Below are positions 1-7,940 of a DNA stretch of 64,000 nt, in pieces. The stretch is taken from NCBI GenBank assembly GCA_002305675.1, contig DBQA01000007.1, positions 46,653-110,652 on the forward strand, read 5' to 3'. Under the pieces are notes generated by a model. It searched no databases, was not told the DNA's origin, and saw only the letters and a program-made list of their open reading frames with translations. This DNA is from Patescibacteria group bacterium UBA1406 (lineage in GTDB: Bacteria > Patescibacteriota > Microgenomatia > UBA1406). Position 1 is the first letter of the stretch, and every line of letters begins with the position of its first letter. A program made the position numbers and the translations under genes.

Positions 1-2283
1 GGATCCGATGATGGCAATGCCCTGCTTGTCAAGGCTGGCGAGCACCTCCTCGCGGACATTGGGAATGTCCCGGGTGATCTCCTCAGGACCGAGCTTGGTG
101 TTGACCACATCCACCCGATACTCTTCAATGACCACCGAGGTCAGAAGGTCTTCCTTCAGAAGTCTTTCCGAAATGACAATGGCATCTTCATAACCCAAAC
201 CTTCGTAGGCCATATAGGCGACCAGAAGGTTCTCGCCGATGGCGATCTCGCCGTTCTTGGCGGTCGGCCCGTCCACGATCACCGTTCCCTTTTTCACCTT
301 CTGCCCATTGGATATTCTCGGTGTCTGGGAAAAACTGGTGTCCTTGTTGGTCCTTTGGAATTTACTCAGACTATATTTATATTCCTTGCCGCTCTTTCCT
401 TTGATGGACAAGCGCTCCGAATCCACATATTTGACCTCCCCGTCCTCTTCGGCCAGGATGGACCTTCTCGCCCCTTGGGCGATCATTCTTTCCATGCCCG
501 TGCCAACCAGGGGAGCTTCTCCTTTGACCAAGGGCACCGCCTGGGCCTGCATGTGCGTGCCCATCAATGCGCGACTCGCATCGTCGTTCTGCAGGAACGG
601 GATCAGCGAGGCCGACAGACCGACCACTTGCCTCGGGGAAATATCAATGTACTGGATCTGTTCGATGGGTGCCTCGATGAACTCTCCCTGGTAACGGGCC
701 GGCACCCTCTGTTCCAAGAGATTACCGTCCTCATCCTTGGCGATCCCGGAGTGGGTAATATAATAGCTTTCCTCGTCGTCCGGCTGCAGGTAAACGATCT
801 CATCGGTCTGCCTCATCCTGACCTTGCCGTTCTTCTCGATCTTCTCGACCTTGAAGTAGGGAGTCTCTATGAAGCCGTATTCGTTCACTTTCGCATAAAG
901 GGCAAGATAGGTCACCACCCCGATGTTAGGACCTTCAGGGCTTCGGATAGGGCAGATCCTGCCGTACTGGGAGGGCGAGATGTCACGGATGGAGAAGGAG
1001 GCGCGGTTCTTCTGGATGCCGCCCGGGCCGCCGACGGTCAGACGCCTGAGGTTGTCAAGCTCCGACAGGATATTGGTCTGGTCCACTATGGTCGACAGCT
1101 GGCTCGTCTTAATGAAGGTATTGATGGCAGCGATGAGCGGTTTGGGATTGAGCATTTGGGTCGGGGTGGCCTCGTTGACGGGTGACAGAAGGCTCATCCT
1201 TTCCTTGGTGTCCCGCTCCACTCTCATCATGCCCACCCTGACGCCGTACATTCCCAAGAGCTCCCCCACCCGCCTGACGCGGCGGTTGCCCAAGTGGTCA
1301 ATATTGTCAAAGCCTTCTTTTGTCCTGGTGATGTTGATGAGGTATTTGACAATGGCCACGAGGTCCTCCTTGTTCAGGAGATAATGGTCCTTGTCGATAG
1401 GTGTATTCAGACCCAGTTTCTTGTTTATTTTATAGCGGCCGACATTCGCAAGCGAATAACGCCGGGGATTGAAAAAGAGGTTATAGATGGTTTCCTTGGC
1501 GTTCTCCAAGACTAGGGCCTCGCCGGGCTTGATCTTTTTGTATAGCTCGAGGATGGCCTCCTCTTCGCTTTCCGTCCTGTCTCTCTCCAGCGTGCCGAGA
1601 ACATAATCCTTATACAGTGTTTCGTCAAGGTCGGAAAAGCTCCTGAGAATCTCATCCTTACTCAGGCCGAAGACCTTCAGGATAAGGCTGACAGGGAACT
1701 TCCTCCGCTTGTTTATCTTGGCCTCCACATGTTTGCCTTTACCGATGAAGAAGTCCAGCCACGCGCCGATATAAGGCCTGATCTCCGCGTTGAAGACGGT
1801 GACACCGGTTGAGCGGTCCTGTTCGGCGGTGTAGTAAAGGCCGGGGGCCCTGACTATCTGGCCGATGACGCAGCGTTCGATACCGTTGATGATGAAGGTG
1901 CCCCGTTCAGTCATCATCGGCAGATCGCAAAGATAGAGCCGCTGCGACCTGGTCTTGCCTGACTGGAGGTTCTGGAGTTCAAGGTTTAGATAGACGGAGA
2001 ATTGGTAGGTGAGCTGTTTCTCAAAGGCTTCGAATTCGGAGATCTTCGGCTTCTCGAACTCGACCTTTTCAAGATGTAGGATCCAGTTCTTTTTGGTATA
2101 GTCCTCGATGGGGAAAAACTCCCGCAGGATCTCCTCAAATTCGCCCGTCAGAAAATGGCGGTACGACTCTTTTTGGAACTCCAGAAAATCAACATTCTCT
2201 AGATCGGTGATTTTGGTGTTTTTATTCAGCCGTTTGCGGATGTTGGATTTGTCTTCGTTCTGTTGAGTAGATTTTTTGCTCAT
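1..2283 (-). CDS. rpoB: DNA-directed RNA polymerase beta subunit, N-terminal 761 codons (gene runs off window start)
   Basis: Absent from the ORF track because there is no stop in the window. Hand translation of the minus strand from ATG 2283-2281 gives MSKKSTQQNEDKSN...MMTERGTFIINGIERCVIGQIVRAPGLYY...TKLGPEEITRDIPNVREEVL, which are conserved RpoB blocks. The frame stays open to base 1. Confidence 0.95.
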   Translation of the reverse strand, partial: MSKKSTQQNEDKSNIRKRLNKNTKITDLENVDFLEFQKESYRHFLTGEFEEILREFFPIEDYTKKNWILHLEKVEFEKPKISEFEAFEKQLTYQFSVYLNLELQNLQSGKTRSQRLYLCDLPMMTERGTFIINGIERCVIGQIVRAPGLYYTAEQDRSTGVTVFNAEIRPYIGAWLDFFIGKGKHVEAKINKRRKFPVSLILKVFGLSKDEILRSFSDLDETLYKDYVLGTLERDRTESEEEAILELYKKIKPGEALVLENAKETIYNLFFNPRRYSLANVGRYKINKKLGLNTPIDKDHYLLNKEDLVAIVKYLINITRTKEGFDNIDHLGNRRVRRVGELLGMYGVRVGMMRVERDTKERMSLLSPVNEATPTQMLNPKPLIAAINTFIKTSQLSTIVDQTNILSELDNLRRLTVGGPGGIQKNRASFSIRDISPSQYGRICPIRSPEGPNIGVVTYLALYAKVNEYGFIETPYFKVEKIEKNGKVRMRQTDEIVYLQPDDEESYYITHSGIAKDEDGNLLEQRVPARYQGEFIEAPIEQIQYIDISPRQVVGLSASLIPFLQNDDASRALMGTHMQAQAVPLVKGEAPLVGTGMERMIAQGARRSILAEEDGEVKYVDSERLSIKGKSGKEYKYSLSKFQRTNKDTSFSQTPRISNGQKVKKGTVIVDGPTAKNGEIAIGENLLVAYMAYEGLGYEDAIVISERLLKEDLLTSVVIEEYRVDVVNTKLGPEEITRDIPNVREEVLASLDKQGIAIIGS

Positions 2284-2320
2284 TAGTTGGACCCCCGTTT
2301 AACAGCAACCTAGTTAACAA

Positions 2321-2345
2321 AATAAAAGCGTACACACCAGTACGC
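2321..2345 (-). terminator. intrinsic terminator-like hairpin downstream of the ytxH-like gene
   Basis: GCGTAC (2328-2333) pairs with GTACGC (2340-2345) around a 6-nt loop. On the minus strand it is followed by TTTTATTTT. Confidence 0.5.
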
Positions 2346-2390
2346 CTGCTTTTTAATTACAGTTGAGTTGTAAGTATACAAAACTAATTT

Positions 2391-2690
2391 TTAGCTGTCA
2401 ACACTTTTTGTCGCGGCCTTAAGCTCGGATTTCAGTTTGCCGATGATGCCGGTCAATTTCTCTCCCGCTTCTTTTTTAACTTCCTTGACCGCGGGGGACT
2501 CGGCTATCTCCGTCAGGTACTCTTCGCCGCGCTCGCCCACTTCCTCCGCCGCTTTCAGTAGTTCCTTGGCCACTCTCCGGCCCGATTTGGTCATAGTGAG
2601 GTAGAAACCGACCGAGGCCACGATCCCTCCCAGCAGAAAACCGGTCATGAAACTCTGGCTGTGGTGTTCGCCCTGGTTATTTTTTTCCAT
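2391..2690 (-). CDS. YtxH-like small membrane/stress protein
   Basis: 99 aa with an N-terminal TM (GFLLGGIVASVGFYL) followed by a charged helical tail. This is the typical YtxH layout, and a DUF948-like gene is adjacent as in Firmicutes. Confidence 0.6.
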   Translation of the reverse strand: MEKNNQGEHHSQSFMTGFLLGGIVASVGFYLTMTKSGRRVAKELLKAAEEVGERGEEYLTEIAESPAVKEVKKEAGEKLTGIIGKLKSELKAATKSVDS

Positions 2691-2949
2691 GCTTGCCTTT
2701 CTCGCCGATAAGCTTGGTGACCAGACCGATGACGAACTTCGCTCCCCCGGCCAGATTGGTCATTTCGGCCAGCGACCTTTCCAGAACGCTGGTCATGTGC
2801 ATCAGGCCGGTAGTAATGACATTCGTCCGGTTGACCACCCGGTGTACATCACGGATGAGGAAAATTATCTGGATCCCGATGATGGTGATCAGGACCGTAG
2901 AAATGGAGAGCGCTGCAATAATAACGATCTGAATGGTTTCCAAGTTCAT
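2677..2949 (-). CDS. DUF948-like membrane protein
   Basis: 90 aa with an N-terminal TM and then a helical region. It overlaps the downstream ytxH-like gene by 14 nt. Confidence 0.5.
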   Translation of the reverse strand: MNLETIQIVIIAALSISTVLITIIGIQIIFLIRDVHRVVNRTNVITTGLMHMTSVLERSLAEMTNLAGGAKFVIGLVTKLIGEKGKHGKK

Positions 2950-3000
2950 ATATTTAATGATGCAATAAATTTATAACAAAGTCAAACCTCTCGTGGACCG

Positions 3001-3609
3001 TTATTTCACCTCCACTTGGTATGTCTTTTCCACCTCTTTGCCGTTCGTGCCCAAGACCTTGAGAGTGACCGTCCGCAGTCCTTTCTTGAGAAATATCTCT
3101 TCCCTGAATTTTCCGTCGATGTCCTGATATATCTTTTCTTCGTTGAGATAGATGAGTGCTCCCGGTTCCGCCTCACCCTGCAAAACTAACGGCTTGCCTA
3201 CCCCAACAGTCTTGGGAACATCCGATAACTTGATGACCGGTTTCTGCCAGAAGACCAGGAACTGGACCAAAAAAAAAGATATGAACAAAAAGAGAAAAAT
3301 GTACAAGTACAAGTTAGGGGAAAGTGACCTCCCCTTCTCTTCGTACTTCGTGGTCCGGATGAACTTTATCTCTTTCTCCTCGAGCTCCCTCCTCAAGAGG
3401 GCCATGACCTTCCTGACGTCCATACCGAGCTGGTGAGCATATTTGGTCATGATACCGTGGAGATACGCGAGAGACGAGAAGTTTTGCCAGCGGCCTTTTT
3501 CTACGTGCTCAAGCTGCTCAAGGGGGATCTTGGTTTTCTGGGAGATATCGGGGAGGGTCAGTTTCAGCTCAACTCTCCGCTCGCGCAGCAATTCGGCCAC
3601 CTTTTTCAT
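3001..3609 (-). CDS. RodZ-like HTH (XRE-type) single-pass membrane protein
   Basis: 202 aa: an N-terminal HTH (LTLPDISQKTKIPLEQLEHVEKG), a central TM (LYLYIFLFLFISFFLVQFLVF) and a C-terminal beta-rich domain. Confidence 0.6.
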   Translation of the reverse strand: MKKVAELLRERRVELKLTLPDISQKTKIPLEQLEHVEKGRWQNFSSLAYLHGIMTKYAHQLGMDVRKVMALLRRELEEKEIKFIRTTKYEEKGRSLSPNLYLYIFLFLFISFFLVQFLVFWQKPVIKLSDVPKTVGVGKPLVLQGEAEPGALIYLNEEKIYQDIDGKFREEIFLKKGLRTVTLKVLGTNGKEVEKTYQVEVK

Positions 3610-5732
3610 GACTGGGTATTCCCAAGGATCTCCTCAGGACTGCTGATGAGAACTTCTCTGGCTTTTGAGGCGTCGCTCGGGCCGATGATGCCTTCCGCCT
3701 CCAGTTCGTCCAAGATACGGGCCGCCCGGGAGTAACCGATGGAACATCTTCTTTGCAAAAGCGAAGCCGAGGCCTTCTTGGCCTCGCAAACTATCCGTAT
3801 GGCCTGCTCGAACAGCGGGTCGTGGTCGGACGACTTGACGGTCACGTTGCCGCTCGTATCCACCACCGCCTTCACCGCCTGACTGGTCACCTCCTCAGTA
3901 TAGTGGACCACCTGGCCGCTATTTTTGAGGAAATCCACCAGGTTCTTGATCTCGCTGTCGGCAATGTAGGGACCCTGGATACGGGCCGGCTTTGAACTGT
4001 TCGGAGAGAGGAATAGCATGTCCCCCCGACCGAGAAGCTTCTCCGCGCCGGGCATATCCAGGATCACCCTGGAGTCGATCATGCTGGAGACGTTGAAGGC
4101 GATACGGGCCGGGATATTGGCCTTCATCAGACCGGTGATGACATCCACCGAGGGCCTCTGGGTGGCGATTACCAGGTAGATACCCACTGCCCGGGCTTTC
4201 TGGGCAATGCGGGTAATGTGATCCTCGACATCTTTGGAGGCGTATGACATCAGGTCAGCCAACTCGTCAATGATAATGACTACAAAAGGCATCTTTTTAC
4301 CGTCCTCATTCGCTATTTCGTTGTAGGAAAAAATGTCCCTGGTCTTTGACTCTGCGAGTGTCTGATAACGTTCTTCCATTTCTTTGACGGCCCACTTCAA
4401 TGCCGAAATGGTGTCCTTCGGATCAGTGATCACATTCGTCATCAGGTGCGGGATCCCGTCAAAAGGCATGAAGGTCACCCTCTTGGGGTCGATGAGGATA
4501 AGTCTGAGCTCTTCGGGGGTGGTCCTGAACAGGAGAGTGGCCACCCAGCTTGACAGAAGCACTGACTTGCCCGAACCAGTGGTTCCGGCGATGAGAATAT
4601 GGGGCATGGCGCTGATCTCAATGAACTGGGGATTATTGGAAACGTCCGGACCCAGAGGAACGGACAGAAGCTTGGACCGGTCCTGGAAAGTCGGCAGAGA
4701 TAACATTCTTCTTAACGGAACAATTTCGGGCTTGATGTTGGGGACCTCAATTCCCACAAGCGCCTTCCCGGGAATGGGAGCTTCGATCCTTATCAAACCG
4801 TGGGGAGCGGCCAGAGATAAAGCCAGGTTGTTGGAAAGGGAGGTAATTTTGTTCAGCTTCACTCCCTTGGCTATCTGCAGGGCATATTGGGTCACGGCCG
4901 GGCCGTAATTGATATCGGCTACCCGGGCCTTGATACCGAAACTGTCTAACGCTTCTTCAATGGCGGCAGCGTTTTCTTTCACATCACCCCGTTGTGCCTC
5001 TGCCTGCTTCGTTGCGTTCAGAAGGGTCAGGGGTGGGAATTTCCAGGTGCCGCTCAGGATCTTGGCCGCCGTCGGCTTGAGGGACATCAGGTCGTGCCCT
5101 TCGGCCGGAGATTTGGCCAGGGCTGCACTCGGCTTGCTCATCAGCAGGTTCTCTTTCTTGACGGGCTCGCCGACAAAAACTTCCTTGTCGGTCCCCTTGG
5201 CCTTCTCCACCGCCTTTTGCGAAGAGGCTATTGATTTCTTTATCTGGTCTGCGAGGTAGGCATACCCTGCCGCCACCTTCTTAACAAAGTCAGGGAGCGA
5301 GATCTCGAAGATGATGAGGATCCCGACCAGGAATATGAAGGCAAAGGTAATCAGAGTTCCCGGTACGGACAAGAGGTTCGAGAGCTCGGAAAACAGCACC
5401 GTTCCCAAGGCCCCGGTGTTCAGTACCACGAGAAGGGAAACAAAAACCAAGAGATATCCGAGGAACCAGTTCGGTTTGATGACTTTGAAGCGCTTGCTCT
5501 GGACCATCACGCCGGCGGCGAACAGGAACACCACGGGCAAAAGTATGGCCACCCGGCCGAAGTAACTGACCATCCAGTCGTTCAGGAAGTTCAATAACGT
5601 CGCTTCCTGGTTGAAGGAAAGCACGGACAGTCCAAACAAAAGCAAAAATAGGAGCGAAAATATCCCATAAATGGTGTTGGACTTCAGCTTGACCTTGAAA
5701 AAGGGAATCCTGATCGCTTTCTTTCTGCCCAT
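3606..5732 (-). CDS. ftsK: DNA translocase FtsK/SpoIIIE
   Basis: N-terminal TMs, Walker A GTTGSGKS, IIIDELADLM, and a C-terminal gamma winged helix (SASLLQRRCSIGYSRAARILDELE). I prefer the ATG at 5732 (MGRKKAIRIP) because TATAAT lies 9 nt upstream. There is a 4-nt ATGA overlap with the rodZ-like gene. Confidence 0.93.
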   Translation of the reverse strand: MGRKKAIRIPFFKVKLKSNTIYGIFSLLFLLLFGLSVLSFNQEATLLNFLNDWMVSYFGRVAILLPVVFLFAAGVMVQSKRFKVIKPNWFLGYLLVFVSLLVVLNTGALGTVLFSELSNLLSVPGTLITFAFIFLVGILIIFEISLPDFVKKVAAGYAYLADQIKKSIASSQKAVEKAKGTDKEVFVGEPVKKENLLMSKPSAALAKSPAEGHDLMSLKPTAAKILSGTWKFPPLTLLNATKQAEAQRGDVKENAAAIEEALDSFGIKARVADINYGPAVTQYALQIAKGVKLNKITSLSNNLALSLAAPHGLIRIEAPIPGKALVGIEVPNIKPEIVPLRRMLSLPTFQDRSKLLSVPLGPDVSNNPQFIEISAMPHILIAGTTGSGKSVLLSSWVATLLFRTTPEELRLILIDPKRVTFMPFDGIPHLMTNVITDPKDTISALKWAVKEMEERYQTLAESKTRDIFSYNEIANEDGKKMPFVVIIIDELADLMSYASKDVEDHITRIAQKARAVGIYLVIATQRPSVDVITGLMKANIPARIAFNVSSMIDSRVILDMPGAEKLLGRGDMLFLSPNSSKPARIQGPYIADSEIKNLVDFLKNSGQVVHYTEEVTSQAVKAVVDTSGNVTVKSSDHDPLFEQAIRIVCEAKKASASLLQRRCSIGYSRAARILDELEAEGIIGPSDASKAREVLISSPEEILGNTQS

Positions 5733-5741
5733 ATGCAGACA

Positions 5742-5747
5742 ATTATA
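5742..5747 (-). promoter_or_regulatory. -10 box (TATAAT) 9 nt upstream of the ftsK ATG
   Basis: The minus strand reads tgtaTATAATtgtctgcatATG. Confidence 0.45.
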
Positions 5748-5791
5748 TACATTTTTTTCAGCTTTTAACAAGCTGAGGGGGGAGTTGGTGT

Positions 5792-6154
5792 CTACTTGAG
5801 GATCACTTTCAGCTCAGGATCGATCTTCTGGCATTCCTCGGCCACAAGCCGCCGGTGGCAGTGGTCCGGGGTCTTTTCCCAACAAAGGATGGTGATATCC
5901 CGCTTCTTCGCGATCTCCGCCAAGAACTCGATGTAACCGCGCCGTCCTTCAATAACCTCCTTATTGAATCTCTTCACATATCCGTCCCAGTCGATGACCT
6001 TGGCATGTGCGTCATCCAAGAGCTTATGCGAAGGGGACAGGACAGGCATCCAGATGTCATAGACAGCCCAAGAATCGGGCCTTCTCATGATACAGACCCT
6101 GATACCGTCCTTGGGACTTGGCTTAGCCTGGATGGATTTGGTAAATAGGGCCAT
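5792..6154 (-). CDS. DUF488 (YeaO-like) family protein
   Basis: 120 aa with ...DGIRVCIMRRP...LSPSHKLL...ITILCWEKTPDHCHRRLVAE, the DUF488 pattern. Confidence 0.65.
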   Translation of the reverse strand: MALFTKSIQAKPSPKDGIRVCIMRRPDSWAVYDIWMPVLSPSHKLLDDAHAKVIDWDGYVKRFNKEVIEGRRGYIEFLAEIAKKRDITILCWEKTPDHCHRRLVAEECQKIDPELKVILK

Positions 6155-6171
6155 GTTTTTTAGTTTAACTA

Positions 6172-7569
6172 TTAAATAAGAGTTGTCAAATCCTTCCTCA
6201 TCACCATATGCTGGCCGGGTTTACCGTTACTGAAAACTCCGTTCTTATCATGCGTCACTTCTATTTCCCGATAACCCTGCTTGCCGAACCAGGAAGGGGA
6301 GTCCCCGGTGGCATGGACCTCCATTTCGTCATAGCCGCATTGCCTGGCGATCTGTTCGGAGGCCTGCATCAGGATGGAGCCGACCCCCAGATGAGCGTAG
6401 TCAAGATGGGTATGCAGCCTTCTGCCGTTCGCTATTGGGATGGCATTGTGCCTGACCACCCGGTATCCCACTATCTCCCGGCCATCCCTGACGACGATGG
6501 TACACAGATTGTTGGGATTGCCGCAAAGGTCCGCTATTCCTTCTGGAGTGTTGGCTTCTATATATTTCTGCCTGGTCTCATCGTCCAGTCCCTGGTAGTT
6601 AGGGGCTTCCCTGAAATTCCGGGTTGCCAAAGCGCTGATCTCTGGGTAGTCGGCCGGGGTTATTCCTTCAAGGGTGGCTATCCGCCCATCCTTGAGGCTG
6701 ACCGCCTCCTTCCATATTCCAGTCAGTCCTCCATATACGGAGCCGCCCTCCCTGTAACCATCCCGGAACTCCTCGTTCCCCAATAGAGCGACCATCTCTT
6801 CCAGTTCGTACGGCGTACCCAGGATGGAGCGGTACAATACAAGCAACGCCTCTTCGAAACCCTCCTCACCCCTTTTTATCCCGTCCACTTCGCTGATATG
6901 CCTTTCAAACATGGGGTGGGGCCAGCGCAGGCCGGCCGGAGTCCGCCGCATCCCCTCCAGTCCCAACTCGGTATAGTAAAGTTCAACCTCGTCCTCGGAG
7001 AAAGCGTCAACGGCAAAGCGATGCTCCCTGGTCATGGCAAGACCAAGACCAGGCGCCTCCTTATCTTTCAGACTTTTTCCCAGGGCGGCCATATTGATGC
7101 GGTAGGTGAAATCGGCCGGGCCGCGGCACAGGAGATGTTTCAGCATGGACAGCGCTTCCTGGTCGTCCTGGACATCAAGTGCCCGGGTCAAAAGCCGGCC
7201 GTCATTGATAAGCTCGACATCCGTAGCTACTCCAACCGCGTATCCCTCCCTGATCCCTATCCCCTCCACAAAGGTCCTCATGTCCTGCAACCCATCCATC
7301 GTTTTCAGGGCCGCCTTCATAGCCGGCATGATGTAAGCCCCCTTTTCGGCATCCTCGTCCCATTCCGGGGTGACGGGCATTACCGGCATATGCCAATCCT
7401 TGAAGGCTTCCTGGAAATAAAGCCCTTTTCTGGTGCCCGTGCGGGGAATTAGAACGGAGATGTTGTCCGGAGCTTTTCGCTTTGATGGAACCCGGCCGTA
7501 AAAGGCCTCCGGAGTCTTAAGCATTTGTTCGTAGGCACCGGTTGCCTTATACAGCTCGTTGATCGCCAT
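6172..7569 (-). CDS. two-domain protein: unknown ~320-aa N-terminal region plus a C-terminal GNAT acetyltransferase domain
   Basis: The C-terminal ~130 aa (TIVVRDGREIVGYRVV...HLGVGSILMQASEQIARQCGYDEMEVHA...FGKQGYREIE) looks like a GNAT fold. I recognise nothing in the N-terminal part. The start is taken as ATG 7569 (the track start at 7572 is a TTG one codon upstream). Confidence 0.7.
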   Translation of the reverse strand: MAINELYKATGAYEQMLKTPEAFYGRVPSKRKAPDNISVLIPRTGTRKGLYFQEAFKDWHMPVMPVTPEWDEDAEKGAYIMPAMKAALKTMDGLQDMRTFVEGIGIREGYAVGVATDVELINDGRLLTRALDVQDDQEALSMLKHLLCRGPADFTYRINMAALGKSLKDKEAPGLGLAMTREHRFAVDAFSEDEVELYYTELGLEGMRRTPAGLRWPHPMFERHISEVDGIKRGEEGFEEALLVLYRSILGTPYELEEMVALLGNEEFRDGYREGGSVYGGLTGIWKEAVSLKDGRIATLEGITPADYPEISALATRNFREAPNYQGLDDETRQKYIEANTPEGIADLCGNPNNLCTIVVRDGREIVGYRVVRHNAIPIANGRRLHTHLDYAHLGVGSILMQASEQIARQCGYDEMEVHATGDSPSWFGKQGYREIEVTHDKNGVFSNGKPGQHMVMRKDLTTLI

Positions 7570-7646
7570 CAATAAAAAAGCCGCGCTTGAAAGCGCGGTC
7601 TGGTCGCGAACTTGTTATTAAAAAAAGAGCTTTTTATAGGCTCCAT
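7569..7646 (-). CDS. candidate leaderless 25-codon upstream ORF (MEPIKSSFFNNKFATRPRFQARLFY*) whose TGA overlaps the ATG of the GNAT gene
   Basis: Hand-read. The promoter is TTGATT-17 nt-CATAAT, then 5 nt, then ATG at 7646. The stop and start share one base (TGATG at 7571-7567). Confidence 0.4.
   Translation of the reverse strand: MEPIKSSFFNNKFATRPRFQARLFY
7574..7598 (-). terminator. intrinsic-terminator-like hairpin plus U-tract inside the upstream ORF, ending 4 nt before the GNAT-gene ATG
   Basis: On the minus strand CCGCGCT-TTCA-AGCGCGG (7598-7581) is followed by CTTTTTTATTG. Confidence 0.55.
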
Positions 7647-7651
7647 GATTA

Positions 7652-7680
7652 ATTATGGCATCCAAGTGGAAAAAAATCAA
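7652..7680 (-). promoter_or_regulatory. sigma70-type promoter TTGATT-17-CATAAT
   Basis: -35 at 7680-7675, -10 at 7657-7652, with exactly 17 nt between them. Confidence 0.5.
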
Positions 7681-7701
7681 GTCTTTTTTTCCGGGAAAAA
7701 C

Positions 7702-7709
7702 TGTATAAT
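7702..7709 (+). promoter_or_regulatory. extended -10 (TGTATAAT) 6 nt upstream of ATG 7716
   Basis: The sequence reads ctgTATAATttccgaATG. It sits back-to-back with the minus-strand promoter at 7652-7680. Confidence 0.45.
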
Positions 7710-7715
7710 TTCCGA

Positions 7716-7931
7716 ATGTCATCTTGGGGCGAATTACCAAATCCGGCAGGCTACGATATGCGGGAATGGCCAACCGACCTGATGGGACCGCTCAACGCCC
7801 ACGCTTTCGGCGCCCTGGCCCTCGTGCCCATGGCCGCCTGGGAATGGGGACCGTACCTATCCCAACCAGTTGATTTCCATCAGGGTGATGAGCCTTTCCC
7901 TCCGTCAACATCGCCTGGTGACAGCCGGTAA
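7716..7931 (+). CDS. hypothetical 71-aa Trp/Pro-rich protein (alternatively a 5' leader of the downstream gene)
   Basis: The ATG sits at the same distance from a TATAAT as other leaderless-type starts in this window. It ends 9 nt before the next gene. I recognise no family, and the composition is odd (4 Trp, many Pro/Gly). Confidence 0.35.
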   Translation: MSSWGELPNPAGYDMREWPTDLMGPLNAHAFGALALVPMAAWEWGPYLSQPVDFHQGDEPFPPSTSPGDSR

Positions 7932-7940
7932 TTAACAGAT

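Noticed and set aside
1-6. GGATCC (BamHI site) exactly at the window start.
   Set aside because: It is probably a cloning or window-boundary coincidence inside rpoB. I draw no biological inference.
8-1515. Plus-strand ORFs 8-193, 239-694, 355-1185, 923-1384 and 1294-1515.
   Set aside because: They lie antisense to an unbroken, strongly RpoB-like reading frame. Their translations are low-complexity and Ser/Leu/Arg/Pro-rich, as expected for shadow ORFs.
7716-7931. Known structured RNAs (ZTP/pfl, SRP/4.5S, RNase P, tmRNA) in the GC-rich segment.
   Set aside because: Only fragmentary resemblance (CCGCCUGGG), and none of the other invariant blocks was found on either strand. Resolving this needs a covariance-model scan.
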